This document shows positions 36,012 to 39,915 of a stretch of 39,915 nt of DNA, piece after piece. Source of the stretch: a virus (taxonomy: Duplodnaviria > Caudoviricetes); IMG/VR virus record IMGVR_UViG_3300042516_001025, positions 1-39,915 of that record. The stretch is one strand, 5' to 3'. The notes beneath the pieces were generated by a model. It did no database searches, was not told the DNA's origin, and worked only from the letters and a program-made list of their open reading frames with translations. The first letter of the stretch is position 1; each line of letters opens with the position of its first letter. Position numbers and translations under genes: made by a program.

Positions 36012-36190
36012 CGGACGAACCCAAGCCCGAACTCAACAAGCCCACCCGGCACTGCTACTGCCGGATGTGCGGACAGGTCTGGCAACACGCTCGCATCGGC
36101 GAGGTGCTTGCCGACGTGGCGTACTGCGGCGGATGCGCCACAGAGATGTACGACGACGAGACCTACGCAAGGAGCGACGACGATGAGTGA
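36008..36190 (+). CDS. Small zinc-finger protein
   Basis: CRMC and CGGC pairs. Confidence 0.6.
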   Translation: MTDEPKPELNKPTRHCYCRMCGQVWQHARIGEVLADVAYCGGCATEMYDDETYARSDDDE

Positions 36191-36389
36191 TGACATCACA
36201 GTACGTCTGCGCCGCGACTGCATGAGTCTGATCGCAGATGAGGCAGCCGACACAATCGACCGCCTCCGCGTAGAGCGCGACGAGGCGAGGCGCGAGGTGT
36301 GCGAATGGGTTGAGATGGACGGAGCAACGACTGCCAAGGAGGAGGCCGAGTTGCGCGGCTGGGATTGCTACAAGGAGAACGTCAAGTGA
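36183..36389 (+). CDS. Hypothetical protein (ERDEARR...RGWDC motif)
   Basis: MSDDITVRLR...EAADTIDRLRVERDEARREVC...RGWDCYK. Confidence 0.7.
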   Translation: MSDDITVRLRRDCMSLIADEAADTIDRLRVERDEARREVCEWVEMDGATTAKEEAELRGWDCYKENVK

Positions 36390-36736
36390 GCAATCTTGAA
36401 TGGGATGCCTACATGGCAATCCTCCGTGACAGGTCTGATGACCCATCAGTTTGGGTGTGCAAGAAACTTCAGCAAATGGCAGACCGCATTCATTCACTCG
36501 CCGCCGAGCGCGACGAGGCGAGGCGGATAGTGTGTTCTCTTGAGGCAGACATCATGGAGGATCAGATCGAGTACGCAAGACATCGCGGCTGGGACTGCTT
36601 CAAGCAGGACGGGATGACCGACGCCGAGTTCCTCCGCTATCTCGCGCAGAACGACTACAACATCGACGGCGGCCTGCTGGCCGATGCCGTCAGGCTCAAC
36701 GAGATCGCAGACAGGATCGAGAAAGGACACCGATGA
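36386..36736 (+). CDS. Hypothetical protein (second ERDEARR...RGWDC motif)
   Basis: GTGA-coupled start; ERDEARRIVC...RGWDCFK. Confidence 0.7.
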   Translation: MSNLEWDAYMAILRDRSDDPSVWVCKKLQQMADRIHSLAAERDEARRIVCSLEADIMEDQIEYARHRGWDCFKQDGMTDAEFLRYLAQNDYNIDGGLLADAVRLNEIADRIEKGHR

Positions 36737-37218
36737 ACGACAACACCAACGAACTGAACCGCCTCGCCCAGCGCAACACTGCGCTTGTCATCGAGATCGA
36801 CGCGCTGAAGGAGCAGTTGACCCGGCTGCGCTCGATGAACACCATGCTGTACAAGGACCGCGACGAACTCCGGCTCCAGTTGCACCAGTACATCGACGCC
36901 GAGCGCGACGTTGCGGTGGCGCGGCAGGAGGCTGGTGACGACGACGAGCGTGATGATGGCGACGAGCGTGACACCGGCGACGAGCATGACGGCGACACGC
37001 TCATGGCGATCGACGGGAAGAACGAGTGCATCATGGGCGTCGGCAGGCGGTGTGGCAAGCCCGATGTCCTCGTCTACAGCCACGCGATGCTGGTGGCTTC
37101 ATACGTCAAGCAGGGCATGACGGAGACCGAGGCGCACGAATGGGTGGAGTTCAACATCGTGGGCGCTTGGCTTGGCGAGCAGACGCCGATGGTGATCTAC
37201 CCCAGCACAGAGGGCTGA
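36733..37218 (+). CDS. Hypothetical protein (coiled coil plus conserved phage domain)
   Basis: DG..ECIMGV...VYS...GM...EA.EW.EFNI.GAW.GE.TP motif. Confidence 0.75.
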   Translation: MNDNTNELNRLAQRNTALVIEIDALKEQLTRLRSMNTMLYKDRDELRLQLHQYIDAERDVAVARQEAGDDDERDDGDERDTGDEHDGDTLMAIDGKNECIMGVGRRCGKPDVLVYSHAMLVASYVKQGMTETEAHEWVEFNIVGAWLGEQTPMVIYPSTEG

Positions 37219-37249
37219 CGCCCCTCGCAACACGGAAGGAGACTGACAC

Positions 37250-37690
37250 ATGGAAGTGCGAACCTACCCCCTGAACTACGCGATGATGCGCGAACTGTGG
37301 CCGGACTGGAATGCGACCGACGCCAGTGCTGGACTGTTCGCGGAGCGGTGCGCTGACCTGAACCAGCGCGTCCTGATGGATGTCATCAAGCGGCATCGGT
37401 GCGAGCCTGCGGGTCAGTACAAGGAGCCGAAAATCCACAGAGTGCTGGAGATGTACGGCGAGGTCATGCGCGAGAGCAGTGTCCGCGCACAGTTCTCCTC
37501 GCAGGTGGTGTCCACCGACCTGACGGCGGAGGAGGCCGCCGAGTTGGACATCGAGGCCGACGAGATCATATCGACGGCTACCGACGAGGAGGTGCGTGCG
37601 GCCCGGGCGCTGTACCCAATCAATCCAGACCTGCCGGGTGGCAAGCGGATGCTGGCCGCAGCCCTGCGGAGAATGCGTGGTCGGCGATGA
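37250..37690 (+). CDS. Hypothetical protein, possible helicase loader
   Basis: 146-aa helical protein in the replication block; only loose resemblance to phage loader/inhibitor proteins. Confidence 0.45.
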   Translation: MEVRTYPLNYAMMRELWPDWNATDASAGLFAERCADLNQRVLMDVIKRHRCEPAGQYKEPKIHRVLEMYGEVMRESSVRAQFSSQVVSTDLTAEEAAELDIEADEIISTATDEEVRAARALYPINPDLPGGKRMLAAALRRMRGRR

Positions 37691-37977
37691 CCAAGGACCA
37701 TGTACCCATCGACGTGCTGCTGCGCGAGGAGCAGGCCAAGAGGGCGGCGGCAGAGGATCGCGAGAGTCGCCACGCGGTGGTGGCGTCGGCCCTCGACGAG
37801 GCGTTGGTCGAGTTGCTGTCGGCGATGATCAGGGCCAGCAAGAGTTGTTCGTGCAGCAAGGGAATGCGCCGTCATCTTGTCGCGATCGTCGAGCGGTTCG
37901 GTAGGATTCGCGAGGAGGCTCTCGATGGCAGGAACTGTTTCGATCTCCCTCCCTCTCCCGAGGAGCAAGGGCAGTAA
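37687..37977 (+). CDS. Hypothetical protein
   Basis: ATGA-coupled start; MTKDHVPIDVLL... Confidence 0.6.
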   Translation: MTKDHVPIDVLLREEQAKRAAAEDRESRHAVVASALDEALVELLSAMIRASKSCSCSKGMRRHLVAIVERFGRIREEALDGRNCFDLPPSPEEQGQ

Positions 37978-38296
37978 CGGCAGAGATCACTGGGCTGCGC
38001 GAGCCAAACTCGTCAAGGCAGACCGGGCATTGGCGTTCACGGCGGGGTCCACAGTGGCCCCGCCGATGCCATTCAGGGATGTCAGCCTGACGATCGCGTA
38101 CCGCACGAAGGGGGCGCAGGCACCCGACTGCGACAACGCCATCAGCCGGTGCAAGGCGTACATCGATGGGCTGACTGACGCTGGCTGGTGGGTTGACGAC
38201 CGGCGGCTGGTCGAGATCAAGGCGGCGGTGTTCCGTGGCACTGGTCAGGACGCTGGCGTCACGATCACGGCCCGTTGCGTGAACCCGCCCGAGTGA
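37925..38296 (+). CDS. rusA: RusA-like Holliday junction resolvase
   Basis: LP.P...SN...HW, PDCDN...K..IDGL..AG...DD. Confidence 0.75.
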   Translation: MAGTVSISLPLPRSKGSNGRDHWAARAKLVKADRALAFTAGSTVAPPMPFRDVSLTIAYRTKGAQAPDCDNAISRCKAYIDGLTDAGWWVDDRRLVEIKAAVFRGTGQDAGVTITARCVNPPE

Positions 38297-38302
38297 CTGG
38301 CC

Positions 38303-38749
38303 GTGCGTCCGGTGTATGAGACCAGCGCAGACCGGCGGGCGCAGGCCGAGGCCATCGGCTGGCTGGCTGCTGCGACTGGCAGTACGCCGGTGGAGATGCC
38401 AGCGTTGGCACCGTGGGACTACGAGATGGTGCGCGATGGACTGGCCGTGGCGATCGTCGAGGTCAAGGTCCGGCGCTGCACGATGCGCGAGTACCCGACC
38501 TACATGGTGAGCGAGGCGAAGGTGCGTGGTCTTCGCGATGCTGCCATCGAGCGTGGCATTGCCGGAGTGCTGCTGGTCCGCTGGTCTGACGCCGCCGGGT
38601 GGTTGCGATTGGACGCTGGTCAGACCGTCAAATGGACGGTCGGCCTTGGTGGCCGGGTTGACCGGGGCGATCCTGCGGACATCGAGCGTGTGGTGCTGCT
38701 TCCGATTGCGTGGTTCGGGCTACTGGCTGTGCCAAGGTTCGGCAAATGA
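38303..38749 (+). CDS. PD-(D/E)XK-like nuclease domain protein
   Basis: WDY...IVEVKVR...YPTYMVS..K...GGRVDRGD..D.E. Confidence 0.65.
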   Translation: MRPVYETSADRRAQAEAIGWLAAATGSTPVEMPALAPWDYEMVRDGLAVAIVEVKVRRCTMREYPTYMVSEAKVRGLRDAAIERGIAGVLLVRWSDAAGWLRLDAGQTVKWTVGLGGRVDRGDPADIERVVLLPIAWFGLLAVPRFGK

Positions 38750-38782
38750 AAAAGCCCCCCGAGCGCATTGCGCTGGGGGGGC
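38749..38782 (-). terminator. Intrinsic terminator for the leftward operon at the convergence point
   Basis: GC-rich stem (38754-38782) followed by TTTTT on the minus strand. Confidence 0.7.
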
Positions 38783-38809
38783 CGCACATGGAAAGACTGG
38801 GTGATTCTA

Positions 38810-39046
38810 CTACTGGGGTTCGCCGTAGACGGCACCCGTCGCAGGATCCCTGTCTCCGTCGTCTGGGAATCCGTCGGGCTGGCGGTTGGGCAGGTCCATG
38901 AGGACGCCGGTCACCGTGAACCGCATCAGGTCACGGTGCAGGATGCGGATGATCTCGCTGCGGGAGGATGCGACCCACGCCCTGCGCCCGCTGTGGGCGA
39001 CCCAGTACTGGCCGTCGGGTGATCGATGCAGACAGATGGGTGTCAC
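38810..39046 (-). CDS. Hypothetical protein, last gene of the early operon
   Basis: 78 aa with ATGA overlap to the upstream gene. Confidence 0.6.
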   Translation of the reverse strand: MTPICLHRSPDGQYWVAHSGRRAWVASSRSEIIRILHRDLMRFTVTGVLMDLPNRQPDGFPDDGDRDPATGAVYGEPQ

Positions 39047-39651
39047 AGGCGGTCCTCCTGATCAGAGATTACCCCGGGCAGGTCGGGTTCCTGCCAGTAG
39101 TCCGGGGATCGGTAGTAGGTCGGTTGCACACGGTCACCGCTACGGTCACCGCCCCGTTGACCGCCCCGGTCACCGCTACGTTGACCGCTACGTTCACCGC
39201 CCCGGTCACCGTGGCGCAAATCGAGGGTATTCACATTCACATTCACAGTCACAGACCCCCCCTCCCGGGGGGGTTGAAGGGGGGGATCGCCTAGGACGGC
39301 TTCTGCGGCCTTGGCTGGCTTGGACGACCCGAGGTAGCACCCGCCCTCTGCGGACGCCTTGGAGCGCCTCCTAGCCGCCTTCCTGTCGATGCTGGCGAGC
39401 CACTCCGCCTCCTCCCATGCAACCCGGGCGGAGTGGGCTGCGATGCGCCCTTCCCGGAGCCTGACGGCCACGGGGTGGCGGGACCGTACGGCGTCGGCCA
39501 CGTCCCGTGGGCAGGTCAGGCTGGCCGCCCCGGGACGGTCGTCGAAATCCTGACATGGATATCCGTCATCGTTGACCCGGCACAGGTAGGCGTGGAACTG
39601 CGCCTTCCCTCGACGCCGCCGGTTGCGTCCCCGACCTTGTTGCTTATTCAT
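39043..39651 (-). CDS. Arg-rich N-terminus protein spanning the iteron array
   Basis: 202 aa, MNKQQGRGRNRRRRGKAQF...; differences between the two copies are largely synonymous or conservative in this frame. Confidence 0.7.
   Translation of the reverse strand: MNKQQGRGRNRRRRGKAQFHAYLCRVNDDGYPCQDFDDRPGAASLTCPRDVADAVRSRHPVAVRLREGRIAAHSARVAWEEAEWLASIDRKAARRRSKASAEGGCYLGSSKPAKAAEAVLGDPPLQPPREGGSVTVNVNVNTLDLRHGDRGGERSGQRSGDRGGQRGGDRSGDRVQPTYYRSPDYWQEPDLPGVISDQEDRL
39131..39275. repeat. Seven 12-bp tandem repeats, (ATTCAC)3 and a C/G-run palindrome: putative replication origin
   Basis: CG(G/T)T(C/G)ACCGnnn x7 at 39131-39214; ATTCAC x3 plus AGTCAC at 39229-39252. Confidence 0.7.
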
Positions 39652-39915
39652 CGCTGCGCTCCCATGCTGCGCGGGCCTTCGCCCGGTATCCCTTGGTCGC
39701 CGACTTGCGGTGGCCCTTCGGCCCGCCGTTCCACACTCCGGCGACGGTCTCGATCGACCAGTCGGGAGCGTACCTGCTGATGTACGCGACGAACACAGCC
39801 TCCGCGTACTCGCGATCGTGGACATCGAGGTACTCGCGCTTGCCCAGCGCGGGGCTGTAGGCGACGGCATCGACCCACGCACATCGGTGGATCTGCAACC
39901 TGCCACGCGCCTTGC
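39231..39915. repeat. Terminal direct repeat, right copy (includes the 3' part of a second lysozyme allele, 39644-39915)
   Basis: Matches 1-685 at ~95% identity. Confidence 0.95.

Noticed and set aside
38886-39374. Plus-strand ORFs across the iteron array as expressed genes
   Set aside because: No convincing RBS or start, and they overlap two coupled minus-strand genes beyond the convergent terminator. Kept only as a possible relic of an initiator gene.
1-39915. Prophage/lysogeny module, tRNAs, DNA polymerase
   Set aside because: No integrase, CI-type repressor, cloverleaf or polymerase motifs were recognised. Lifestyle and host cannot be fixed from the sequence alone.

Overview
The window looks like a complete, GC-rich, podovirus-type dsDNA phage genome with a unit length of about 39,230 bp. 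Bases 1-685 recur as a ~95% identical copy at 39231-39915. It has three blocks. (1) A leftward early operon of small genes starts at a sigma70-like promoter near 3826, wraps across the junction and ends at a terminator at ~38750-38782. (2) A rightward late block encodes terminase, basic microproteins, a metallophosphoesterase, portal, scaffold, capsid, short-tail proteins, lysis-like membrane proteins, a tail fibre, ejection proteins and a 3080-aa polyvalent protein. (3) A rightward recombination/replication block encodes RecE-like, ERF, YdaU-like and RusA-like proteins. I saw no integrase, tRNA, CRISPR array or reverse transcriptase. The most striking signals are these. First, five fixed-geometry twin-hairpin elements (UNCG loops, compensatory changes) head the early gene cassettes, downstream of an rrn-type boxB-boxA leader. 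Second, a +1-frame gene appears to be overprinted inside the polyvalent protein, whose modules are joined by a recurring xAR motif. Third, an iteron-like origin lies ~3 kb from a truncated initiator gene. All family assignments come from motif recognition by eye, not from database searches.
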